Source of the DNA: Guillardia theta CCMP2712
Lineage: Eukaryota; Protista; Cryptophyta
Length of the DNA stretch: 48,595 bases
Reading direction: 5' to 3'
Assembly: GCF_000315625.1 (NCBI RefSeq)
Contig: NW_005434499.1
Coordinates: 1-48,595 of the forward strand
Part shown: in pieces, positions 1-11,034 of the stretch
Layout: each line of letters opens with the position of its first letter
How positions within the stretch are numbered: the stretch's first letter is position 1
The notes under the pieces: generated by a model
Told to the model about the DNA's origin: nothing
Databases searched by the model: none
Seen by the model: the letters and a program-made list of their open reading frames with translations, nothing else
Program-made: the position numbers and the translations under genes

Positions 1-102
1 CATCATCATCCTCATCGCCATCATCATCCTCATTGCCATCATCATCATCATCATCATCATCATCCTCATCGCCATCATCATCATCATCATCATCCTCATC
101 GC

Positions 103-134
<32 letters not shown>

Positions 135-200
135 CACATCATCATCATCATCCTCATCGTTATCATCTCCATCTCTATCTCCATCATAGTACATCATCAT
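1..200. repeat. (CAT)n imperfect trinucleotide microsatellite, probably intronic
   Basis: Direct catcatcat... array next to a minus-strand GT donor near 284. Confidence 0.9.
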
Positions 201-284
201 TATCACACTCATAATCCAAAATCAACACCACCATCCTTCTCTCGGACATCTACATGCATCCTATCATCTCATCCTTCAAATCAC

Positions 285-1191
285 CTTTCTGCGTGATTGC
301 TTGGGCTTTCAAACTTCTTCATGCTCTCCTGCATCGGTATCAAGAGCATCGCAACAGCGTCAAAGAAACCAACCAGACTCGTCCTCTCTCCGCCGACCTC
401 CAAACCCTCCTGACCCTGAGTACCTGCTCGGATCCTCACTCAGTCGCAGCAACCTTGCAGTCACTCAACACCCTACCTCCCCCGCGATACAGCACGGCCG
501 GTCTGCCGTCATGCGGGGAGAAAGTGCCTGCAAGGGAGTAGGAGGGTAAGGAGAACAGCAGGGAGGCTGCGGGAGGAGCGTAGAACTCACGGGTCATCTC
601 GTAGGGAGGAGACTTGGGTGTTGTGGAGCTCAGCTCCTCCTCTAGCTGCAGTCTGATGTGCTTCCTCACTAGGTTCTTCCTGGCCCCGCCTGCTCCCTCC
701 CTCCCTCCTCTCATCGGTTGTGCCATCGGGGCAGCAAGAGACGGAGGCTCCTCTGGTTCCTCCCGCTCGCTCCCCTTGTTGGAGGAGCTCTCGAGGGTGT
801 GCATGACCTCTGCTGCCCTGGCGTTGAACGAGCTTCGGATCGTCTTCCCCAGATTCCGCAGGTTCATCAGATCTTTTCTCATGCTCTCTATCCTCGCATC
901 GAACTGAACCTTGCTGACCGAGCTGTACGAGGGTGCCGGGCTCCCCTGCTGCTCGCTGCCATTCGTCGATGAGTAGAGCTCCGCCAAGTCGTCGGTCCCT
1001 TCAGTTTGGGGCTCGTCTGCCAACGAGTGGTTTTCTTCTCTGCTTGCCAATCGTTTCTCGATGTTGAGAGAGTTAGTCCTCTGAAGCTCACTGAGCTTGA
1101 CCAGCGACACAACGACCTTTGTCTTGCTATCAAACCCATCCATGTTGCTCAGGTGGTCTTTCTGCACGTGGGAAAGCTGAAGCTCGCTCAT
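285..1191 (-). CDS. Hypothetical protein, spliced, 3' end runs off the window
   Basis: Long ORF from ATG 1191 (MSELQLSHVQ...) to a GTGAG donor at 590. Further small exons at ~477-527 and ~285-424 read TQGQEGLEVGGERTSLVGFFDAVAMLL... No recognisable domain. Confidence 0.55.
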
Positions 1192-1920
1192 CTCCAAGGC
1201 AGCGGACAGCCCTGAATGCCGCTGTCGATGCCTGACTCGATTCGCCGAGGAAGCCGCAGGAGAAGATAGATGGTTTCTTGAAAGTCTATGACAGGCCAAG
1301 AAATCCCCCCGACCGATCACTTTGACTTTGCAATTATCGCTACTAAACCCTACCTCGCTCTGGATCGTCCGCGTCCCCCTTCCTCCATGGAAGCATCCCC
1401 TATCCCCTCCTTTCCAATCTTCTCGTTTCCAATCTCCCCTTTCCTCCTTCTCAAACTCTGTCCTCTTCTGTCTTCCTTCTCAGCTGCTATCCTCTCAGGC
1501 TCTCCTTCTCAGTTTCTATCCTCTTCTCTCCCTGCTCTGCCATCGTCACTTCCTCCCTCCCGCACTCTCATTTTCGACCCCATCGACCGACTCGGCGAGT
1601 CGATCGCCCCGGCATGGACTAAAACTTCAGTGACCCCAACAGGACCCCCTTCCGCTTCTCCTCCTACCCACCCTACTCTCCCCATCTCTATCACCCCCAC
1701 TTCTTATTATAGAATGCTACCCCCCTTGTGTTAGTGACGAGGACCGGGTACTACCGTGAGAAAGTAACCGCCCAAGTACCGGTACTCCCTGTGAATGGTC
1801 AGCCCGTGGTACCAGTACCCTCCTTTAGGAAGCAAGATCCGTGGCGATAGAGTGGGGTAGGGGTCCGGGACCCGAGTTGAAGTCTTCTCTGTCACTGAGG
1901 CTAGCCCGGTTTTTAACGGA

Positions 1921-2410
1921 CTCATTGAGACTCTCGGGCCACCGCCGGGGAGGCCGCGCCGCAGTGCCGGGCCTCAGGTAGCGGACAGAGGGCCCCGCGG
2001 TGCTGAGCCTTGGAGCCTACTCCGGGCGCGGGGCCCATGGCACCGTGACTCGGACGGCGGCCGGGCTGCCACTGAGCCTGGGCTCTCGGCGCCGGGGCCC
2101 GTGACTCCCCGGGATGAGTCGCTCCGACTTGAACCGGGGGCCGGGGCCCGGGCGCGGTGGCTGGCAATGACGCGGCTGGCTCAGTCAAGCCTTTCAAGTG
2201 ACTGCGGCAGCCCTGGCGCGGCCCGCCGGCCGGGGCCGGCCGGCCCCCCCCCCCCGCCGGACTCCGGTGACCGAGTCCCCGGATCTGATCATGATCCGAT
2301 GGTCCCCAAGGGCCCCGGGCCGGCGACTCCGCGGGGCGACTCTCGCCACTTAGTGACTGGTAGTATCGGCCACCCCAGGATTCTCTGAACCATTGAGGGG
2401 TGGTAGTCAT
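1921..2410. repeat. GC-rich, palindrome-rich intergenic island 1
   Basis: Dense ccgg/ggcc/cagtgac/actcgg words between divergent genes, with no credible coding frame. Confidence 0.6.
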
Positions 2411-2592
2411 CGGGGTCTAGAATCAGTGGGCCTTTCAGTTAAGTGACCGTGCCGGGGGTGATCAAGAGGAGCAGTACCGGTGTCCAAGCCAAGTAAAAGT
2501 ACTCTTTCAGGCGGGTGGGTGGTCAGAAAGGTTGGGTGGGGTATAGAGAGCGCGAAGGGTCGCGGTGGATTGGCTCAACCCTTCAGGGCGGC

Positions 2593-5500
2593 ATGCAGGA
2601 TGGGGAGCGGGAAGGGATGGCAGGCGGAAGGAGGTCGAGCCGTGCGAGGGAGAGGAACGGCCAAGTCCTGATCCTCGTCCTGTGCTGCTCAGCGCTGATC
2701 GGTCTGACTCTCCTGCACGTCGAGTCGGTGCTCAAGACGAGGACGACGCTCTACGGCAACAGCATCCCTGACCTCGACTCCGACTTAGAGGGCATCAAGA
2801 GTCTAGAGCGCCAAGTTCATAACGAACAGGCCGTGCAAAGTCGTCTCTCCTCCAACTACCACAAGACCTTCACGAGTGAGTCCAAGGCTCCTTGCACAGG
2901 GCTGCACTGTGCTCCACAATCGCCGGAGGAGTACAGGTCACAGCAGAACAAGTACGTGAGCGCCGTACAGTCTGGGCAGGAGGATGATAGTGACTGCTGC
3001 GGAGATTCAAACTCAGACTCTGCAAGTGCCTCACCCGATTTCTCGATCAGCTCGATTGTCAAAGCGCTCAAGAGGAAGTTCAAGAAGATGAAGCAGCACT
3101 TCCGTGAAGTGCGGGCAAGCTACCTGCATGGGGAGCCGAGGAGGATGAAGATCCTGGTAACTGTGCGAGATTGTTCTCCATGGAAACTCACTGCAGCTCG
3201 TGTTAGATCAATCCGAGGGGGCCCCGCGGCTTCACAGGTCCCCCCGGAGTAGCAGGAGGTCCAGGGGATGAGGGCGAGCCAGGTATGGGCGGGACAGCAG
3301 GATGGTGATGTTTCCTCTGACCGATGCGTGACTGCCAGGCTCGATCGGTCCCGTGGGTCCCAAAGGGCCGAGAGGATTTCCCGGTCCACCTGGACCAGCG
3401 GGGAGGAGAGGCAAGAAGGGCATGACAGGCTCCATCGGTGTGCTGAGCCCCGTCGCAGTGCCTTCACCTCGCTGACGACTTGCTGTACAGGAAAGCCCGG
3501 TGCCAAGGGGCCCACGGGCCTCCGAGGACCGCAAGGCCCTGAAGGCGATCAAGGTCCTCCTGGAGCTCGCGGCATCCCTGGTGCCGCAGGTGCTCCTGGA
3601 ACAAACGGGCCCGACGGACCTCCTGGCCCCCCAGGCCTGCCGGGAAGCGTCGGACCTCCCGGCCCTCCCGGTCCTGCGGGCCCTCCGGGTACGGCTGGAA
3701 CGCCAGGGAAAGCTGGAGCTCCTGGTCCTCAGGGCATCCGCGGAGACACTGGGGCGCCAGGAATCATAGGAAGTGTGGGGCAGCAAGGGCCCGCTGGGTT
3801 GAATGGGATCGGGCCGAGAAAGATTGAGGCACTAAAGGTTGAAGGAACGAATGGCTGGGGGTCTTGCTATAAGATGTCAAGGACGTGCAGAAAGTTGGGA
3901 GTTGAGATCAACTTCTGTGGAGAATGCAAACCGCTCTGTCCTGATTGCGACGCCACCGTTGGTTTCAAACTTGAGAACAAGGAAGGGTTGCGGTACAAAG
4001 ACTATGGGTTCGGTGACGCCAATACTCAAAGTGGCCGCAACGTCCCCATCAATGCCTGTCTGCTGGCAAGGTATGGAAACAAGGGGAAATATTCCGTCAT
4101 ACCCGGGAAGAAGAGCCGCTTTGTGAAGCTCCCTGGGAAGTCTGTCAAGGACCAATTCTACTGGTCTGAACTGTACCTGACGGATCAATGACTTTCTCAA
4201 GATGTTATTGCAGGCATAGCAACTGTACCGAAGGCGACAAATCGCAAGAATCTTGTTGCAGCAACTCGCGCGTCATTCCCTCGGGGTTTGACTGGTAAGC
4301 ATTCACAAGCCTCAGTCACGGAAATGATTTTTGACATGACGCAGGGAGTCATTCTCGAAAGGAAGTACATGCAAGGGAGATGACGACCAGGTATCTTCCC
4401 GCAAGTCATCTAAGTCCTGACCCTCAATCCAGCGACCACCTTTGGGAGAGCTGTTCTGCATGTTCGATGAAGAACTGTACAGGACGTATGCCATGTAAGA
4501 GATGCTTGTCTATTCGACGTAAACATGAGCTGAATGTTGTCGTTCAGGGGTCCGCCTCCAACTGAACCACCTCCGAACAAGCTCTCAACGTCCGAATCAC
4601 TGAAATCGAGTTCGGGTTTTGGCGGAAACTATCTGTTGTCAGCCAATGGCTTGTACACCGCTATCATGCAGACTGACGGGAACCTGGTGGTTTACCGACA
4701 AGGCGGATCAGCCTTGTGGAGTACAGCTACTTCCGGTGAAGTCTCAATTCCTTTAGTCTTATCTTGATCTTCCTTCAGGGCAAGGAACTGGCCAATATCG
4801 AGCAGTGATGCAGGGTGATGGAAACTTTGTGGTCTATGATTCCAAGAACAAAGCTCTTTGGAGCTCCGTCACATACAACAAGAAAGGATCTTACGTCATC
4901 ATGCAAAACGATGGAAACTTGGTATTGTACACCGCAGCGAACAAGGTAATTCAAAAGAAGATTTGCTTCGTACTGTCGTTAATCTTGAAAAGAAACAATC
5001 CTTGTATTCAAGTCTGAACCTCTTATCTTTTCCATATTCAGGCACTCTGGAGCTCTGGGACAGCTCAAACTAGTGAAGTTGCTTCAGACATCGAAGTTGC
5101 TCGTGGAGATGGCATCTGTGTCACCTCCATTTGCTTCGCAAGAGAGCAATGGACAGCTTTGAAAGCTTTGTCGCAGGTAGCACCCTTGCTGTGATTGCTT
5201 CGAGTGCTGTTGCATTACCTGACGCGAGAATCCAGTCTCATTTGGAAGCTGGGCATGTTGGATTCAATGTACAGAATCAAGTCTCGGAGAGCAAGGTCAT
5301 AACATTTCAAACCAAGTTCTCTCAAACTCCATACGTTTTCAACTCCATCACGTCGTTTGCTTCACACCCCACATACACAAGATGGGCCTACAACCTCCAA
5401 GCTACCGCGCGAAAGGGTTCGGTCAGTCTGATTTCGAGCAAAATATACGGAAGTGGCGGGCTGGAAGAAATTTCTCAAGATTACATAGTGCTCTCTTCAA

Positions 5501-7018
5501 AGCTTGCGGGGAAAGGTTCGCAGTTCTACGAGGCGCGGGAGCCACAGGATGGAGATAACAAGAAGATGATCCTGTGCCTGGGACGAGCATGCAGTGATGC
5601 GTCGATCTTTGAAAGGTTGTCTTACATGAGCAATGCACGGATGGAATCCGGGCGAGAGAAGTTCCAACAAAATCCAAGCTGTCAACAAAGTACTCAGTCT
5701 GTCTCTAGGTGGATACCTTTTAAGAATCGCTTTCATTCCACGCCAACTGTGATTTTGAGCATTTCGGAGCTTGACCTTTGTGGCCGATCGAACATCCGAA
5801 TGAGCGTTCATGTTGCCTCAGTCAACCAGAATGGTTTCACAATGCGTGTGCAATCTTGGGCAGATACATATTTCAAGTCTACCTCGGTCGACTTCCTGGC
5901 GATTTCAACTGAGCTGACCACGTACGCAAAACCTTTCCGTCCCTTGTTCCCAACTCCATTTGATTTGGTCGGCAAGTCAGCTTGCATCGGCGTTGAGTGT
6001 ATCGATGAAGACGATTTCGTCAACTTGATTCAAGTCTCCAACTGGAGGGTCGAGGTCGGAACACTGGCAGGAGGGTATTACTGTGGCTCGGGCGTTACCA
6101 CACGTGACGTGGTCTTCACCAATGCCTTCCCCGAGAAGCCGGAAGTGAAACTCTTTGCCCGACACATCGACTCGTGTATCGGCGGTTGGAACAGGGGCCA
6201 GCTGAGCGTGACGGTTCACTCCATCAGCACCAGTGGCTTCAAGTACACGCTGCGCGGTCAGAACCTGTGGTGGGCAACATACGATTATATCGCTATCTCG
6301 AAGCCCATGCTCAACCCCGCGAAAGAAAAAGAGAAACCAGCGCCTCAGGAGAGCGTGAAAGGTATGAGGATGCCTTTCTCACCCTCTCAACTCCCCCTCC
6401 CTCCCTCCCTCCCCTCCTCCTCTTCACAGGGGTTTCACACATGCCATGGCAGGGAAAGGAACGTGGGGAGAATGCTTCGAGTACGGGGAGCAGTGCAAAC
6501 AGCTTGGAATCACAGACAACCTGTGCGGGCAATGCCTGCCGCTATGCAAGCACTGCGACAAGCAGACTGGTTTTATCCTCAAGAATCTCGAAGGGCTCAG
6601 GTAGGGACACTGAAGTTCCTCGTCCTCGCCCTCATCGCTTCTCAGGTGGGGGAGGGAGCATCTCGGCTTCGACGACAACCGAAACTCCCAGGGCGAGTTC
6701 GCTCCTCGCAACTACTGCATGTTGGCGCGATACGGAAACAAGGGGTCCTTTTCTGCTGACGACTACCCGTCCGACAAGAGCTACACCACGAAATCCTTCA
6801 AGGTCCACGACCAGAAGCATGTGTACGCTAACTGCGGGAAGCACGCCCATGGCGAGTCCCAGTGCTGCGCGAACTCGCGACTGATCCCGTCCGGGTGGGA
6901 CTGGAACCGGTTCGCCCATGGGGACTCGTGCGGTGGCGACAGCGACCTTGACTACCCGTCGAAGGAGCTGTACTGCTACTTCGACTACGAAGACTACAAG
7001 GAGAAGAAGAAGATGTAA
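2593..7018 (+). CDS. Membrane-anchored collagen-lectin mosaic protein (TM, coiled coil, collagen, Cys-rich domain, B-type lectin, 3x H-type lectin, Cys-rich domain), ~1242 aa, 13 exons
   Basis: Hand-spliced exons: 2593-3156, 3207-3282, 3339-3437, 3491-4163, 4214-4294, 4345-4390, 4433-4485, 4548-4735, 4779-4945, 5042-5176, 5236-6361, 6453-6600, 6646-7018. All introns are GT-AG with compatible phase; total 3729 nt. Contains 53 Gly-X-Y triplets, three QxDxNxVxY motifs and an H-lectin pattern ([21 protein letters not shown]...[12 protein letters not shown]). Confidence 0.85.
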
Positions 7019-7059
7019 CAGTAAACCCCCGACGCTCTTGCTTTCTCCTCCTCCCCGTC

Positions 7060-10000
7060 TCACCTAGAGAGCTCAGGAGGTCTCCACCACAACACCCTGT
7101 TCTTCCCCTAGTCCACATGACAAGCGTGAGGCTCTTGTCGGAGCGAGGGGAGCTCACCTCGAAGTCAAGCACGTCCTCTTGTATGTTGGGGTCCTTGGCC
7201 TTGAGCCATTCCACCAGATCCTCGTATGTTCGCACCATCTTGCCGTCCCCTCTCTTCCTCCTCGGAAACTCCTGCTCATCCCCTGAGTTCCCATCCTCCT
7301 CCCACCGGCGGCCTCCCGCACCTTCCAGTACACACAGCAGGGGACACAAGCAAAGGGCTTGCGGAGGGCAAGAGCATAGTCCACCATGTCGCCGACAGCC
7401 TGGCAAGTGCAGATTTCATTTTCAGCAGCAACATAGACACTCGCCTCCTTTTTACCTGATCCGGATGCATGCCGACCAGGATGGAACAGGAGCGGAGAAC
7501 CCTTAGAGCCTCGGCTGCAGCACTTCTCAGCTCATCCTCTCCCTCTGCCTTCGCTGCTTCTCTACCAGCATCTTCGATCTCCTCTCCGTCTCCCGACTTG
7601 CTCGCCTCCTCCTGACTGCCTCCCTCCTCTCTGTTTCATCAAGGTCTCAGAAGGAGCCGGGGCATGTGCGAACGTTGGGACAGACGTCATCGACGGCGCG
7701 CCAGCGTCGTCTGGAGGAAGTCACACTACACAAGAGCCGATCTACTGGATCTGTATCACCCTCCTGCCTTGCCTTCTGCCTGGGGTACAAGTGATCCGCC
7801 GTCTCCTCGCTCGAGGGCTTCAATCCCTTGGTGGTCCACACAAACTGAAAGGAGGGAGAGCGTTGAGAGATTTCATCGCGATAGCAGAAGACGCCCACCT
7901 CCTTGCTCCTCCTCACAGAACTCGTGAAGAATTCCTGCCATTCCTGCCCCTCCTTCTCCTCTGTCGACAAAAGTTTAACTTTCACTTTCCCAGCAGGAGG
8001 AAGAGGGGCAGACCGTGTTGGAGGACGTGGGATAAGAGCGGCGCATCGAAGAACAATCGGAGGTGAGTGGGAGAGACAGGTTGGCTGTCAGCAGACACTG
8101 ACGGGTCGATGTACATGTGCATGAGCGGATTTCGCCAGTAGATGCTGAAGGAAGCTAGTCAACGCAGAGGAGAGGAAGGAGGAGAGGAAGGAGGAGAGGA
8201 AGGAGGAGAGGGAGGAGGAGAGGAAGGAGGAGAGGGAGGAGGAGAGGGAGGAGGAGAGGAAGGAGGAGAGGGAGGAGGAGGAGAAGGAGGAGGAGAGACC
8301 TATACAGCAGCTTCCTCCTATAGCTCGAGAGCTCCAATGGTCTCGGATCCACCACCGTCGTTGGGAGTCTGCCAGTATTTGAGGTCATCGTCAGCCTCCG
8401 CTAGCGACAAGAAGTGGCAGGAGAGGAGGGAGGGAGGGAGGGAAGGAGGGAGGAAGGGGAGAGGAGGAGGCGGGGGGGGGGGGGANNNNNNNNNNNNNNN
8501 NNNNNNNNNNNNNNNNNNNNNNNNNNNNNNNNNNNNNNNNNNNNNNNNNNNNNNNNNNNNNNNNNNNNNNNNNNNNNNNNNNNNNNNNNNNNNNNNNNNN
8601 NNNNNNNNNNNNNNNNNNNNNNNNNNNNNNNNNNNNNNNNNNNNNNNNNNNNNNNNNNNNNNNNNNNNNNNNNNNNNNNNNNNNNNNNNNNNNNNNNNNN
8701 NNNNNNNNNNNNNNNNNNNNNNNNNNNNNNNNNNNNNNNNNNNNNNNNNNNNNNNNNNNNNNNNNNNNNNNNNNNNNNNNNNNNNNNNNNNNNNNNNNNN
8801 NNNNNNNNNNNNNNNNNNNNNNNNNNNNNNNNNNNNNNNNNNNNNNNNNNNNNNNNNNNNNNNNNNNNNNNNNNNNNNNNNNNNNNNNNNNNNNNNNNNN
8901 NNNNNNNNNNNNNNNNNNNNNNNNNNNNNNNNNNNNNNNNNNNNNNNNNNNNNNNNNNNNNNNNNNNNNNNNNNNNNNNNNNNNNNNNNNNNNNNNNNNN
9001 NNNNNNNNNNNNNNNNNNNNNNNNNNNNNNNNNNNNNNNNNNNNNNNNNNNNNNNNNNNNNNNNNNNNNNNNNNNNNNNNNNNNNNNNNNNNNNNNNNNN
9101 NNNNNNNNNNNNNNNNNNNNNNNNNNNNNNNNNNNNNNNNNNNNNNNNNNNNNNNNNNNNNNNNNNNNNNNNNNNNNNNNNNNNNNNNNNNNNNNNNNNN
9201 NNNNNNNNNNNNNNNNNNNNNNNNNNNNNNNNNNNNNNNNNNNNNNNNNNNNNNNNNNNNNNNNNNNNNNNNNNNNNNNNNNNNNNNNNNNNNNNNNNNN
9301 NNNNNNNNNNNNNNNNNNNNNNNNNNNNNNNNNNNNNNNNNNNNNNNNNNNNNNNNNNNNNNNNNNNNNNNNNNNNNNNNNNNNNNNNNNNNNNNNNNNN
9401 NNNNNNNNNNNNNNNNNNNNNNNNNNNNNNNNNNNNNNNNNNNNNNGAGGGGGGGGAGAGGTGAGGGAAGAGGCAATGGGGGAGAAGCGGGGGGAGAGAG
9501 AAGGTATGGAGGGAGCAGGAAAGGAAGGAAGAGAGGCAGGAGGGATTTACTTGTTGAGGTTTGCAAGCTCAAAAGCGAGCTCTCCCTTTCCTCCCGCGAT
9601 GTCAAGGATGCCAGTCCCTGCTGCAAGCTCGTCTAGACTGAAGTGATCTAGGAGCCAGCGACGGAACGATCCCACCTTGCTGCTGTTCCTGAGTTTGCTC
9701 CTCTTCCATGAGCCTATCCTCTTCCTGTCCGGAAGCTGTTTCCTCAGTTCCTCTAACCCCTCCACTGGGTGCAGGTAAAAGCAGAGCTCCCCGTAGCCGC
9801 ACGATCCCTTCTTCAACCAGTGAGGACAGACAGGAGGAACAAGCTCTCCTCCTCCCACAGCGTCCTTGGCGCACTGTAGATGGCACCAGGCATGTGCTGA
9901 TACCTTCCTACCCCCAGGATTCAAGCTTGCCCCTCCCTGCTTGATGACGGGCCATATCTCCTCCCCCTGCTCGACTTTCCCTTGACAGAGGATGCAGTCA

Positions 10001-10651
10001 TGAGACAGAGCGGCGCGTTTGATCGGGATCTTAGTCAACGGACGATCGCTCAACGTCATCGACTTCATTCCTTTCTCTTGCGAGTTCCACTCGCCCACCT
10101 CTCCTTCAATATCGTGACCTTCGCTCTCCTCAAGCTCTGCTCTCTCTCCCCTCCTCCCCCCCTCTACTCTCTCTCCTGCTTCCTCCCTCCCTCTTCCTCC
10201 TTCGCTTCTCCTCCTCCTCTCCTCCGTCTCTCTCAGCATCTTCGCCTCCTCTTCCCGCATCCGCACGTCGAACACATGCGCCATCGGCCCCAACAAAATT
10301 CGCCCTCATACCCGCGCAAACCACAGCCATTGGACCACGCCCTGGACCACGCCACACTGCACGCCACAGACCACTGACAGACCACGCGCCCACATGCTGC
10401 AACCGTTGATACGGTAGCACCAGACCTTGAAGAAGCACCGTGAACGGCTCAGCTGCTCCAAGTCGACTCAGCTTGCTGAGGACCGACAGACTTCTCAGCT
10501 CAGGTGGGTTGGCTGTGCGAGGCGAGCTCCCGGGCGACTCGGACCCGGTACCGGGGCGGCTCCGAGCAACCGCCGCCGGAGCTGTTCGCGCCAACGTGGC
10601 AACCAGCTCCACGACTGATCCGATACACGCAAGTTGACTCAGTTCCATCAT
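7060..10651 (-). CDS. CCCH zinc-finger plus SAM-dependent methyltransferase-like protein, multi-exon, spans a gap; N-terminus uncertain
   Basis: CPHWLKKGSCGYGELCFYLH (C-x8-C-x5-C-x3-H); ILDIAGGKGELAFEL (SAM motif I-like); TVVDPRPL; VGMHPDQ; KPFACVPCCV; last exon GKNRVLWWRPPELSR*. Confidence 0.7.
8486..9446. other. Assembly gap (N run) inside a purine-rich intron
   Basis: N characters. Confidence 1.
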
Positions 10652-11034
10652 GAGTGCCGTTTATCGATCATGCCCACATATTCGGGGCATCATTCAGTCG
10701 CTTCTGAGACTGTTCAGGGACTGTTATCGAGCGGCGGCCACATTGTGGGAAAGATGATAGAGACTTAGTTTCAAGTTCTTCGAGGGCGAGAAGTTGCAGT
10801 ATGTTCCACCATCTATCAGAACGAAAGTTCAGCATGGTTTACTTAGCCGAGCCAGGAATATACAGCATAAACGAATAAAAACACTAAAAGACCTCGCAAA
10901 TCTCAGATTTGCAACAGACGAACGTAATCATCAAGTGGATCACGACGAAGTTTGAGGAAATCTTTAACTGTAATAGGACGATCTAGGCAAAGAGAAGACA
11001 ACATTGCCTTGCAAAGCGTCTGGCACAGCCTCAA

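Noticed and set aside
1922-2410. Pro/Gly/Arg-rich ORFs in the GC islands (also 12112-13143 and 27920-28822)
   Set aside because: Expected by chance at high GC, with no protein-like composition
4164-4191. Stop at 4189-4191 as the end of a stand-alone collagen gene
   Set aside because: It lies inside a GT-AG intron; the spliced continuation aligns Cys for Cys with the second domain copy
6424-6452. Acceptor at 6429 for the penultimate exon of the collagen-lectin
   Set aside because: It gives the wrong frame; the AG at 6451-6452 is in phase and aligns without gaps to copy 1
8142-9646. Long ORFs across N gaps, and poly-L/S/E/R ORFs throughout the window
   Set aside because: Artefacts of N runs and intronic microsatellites
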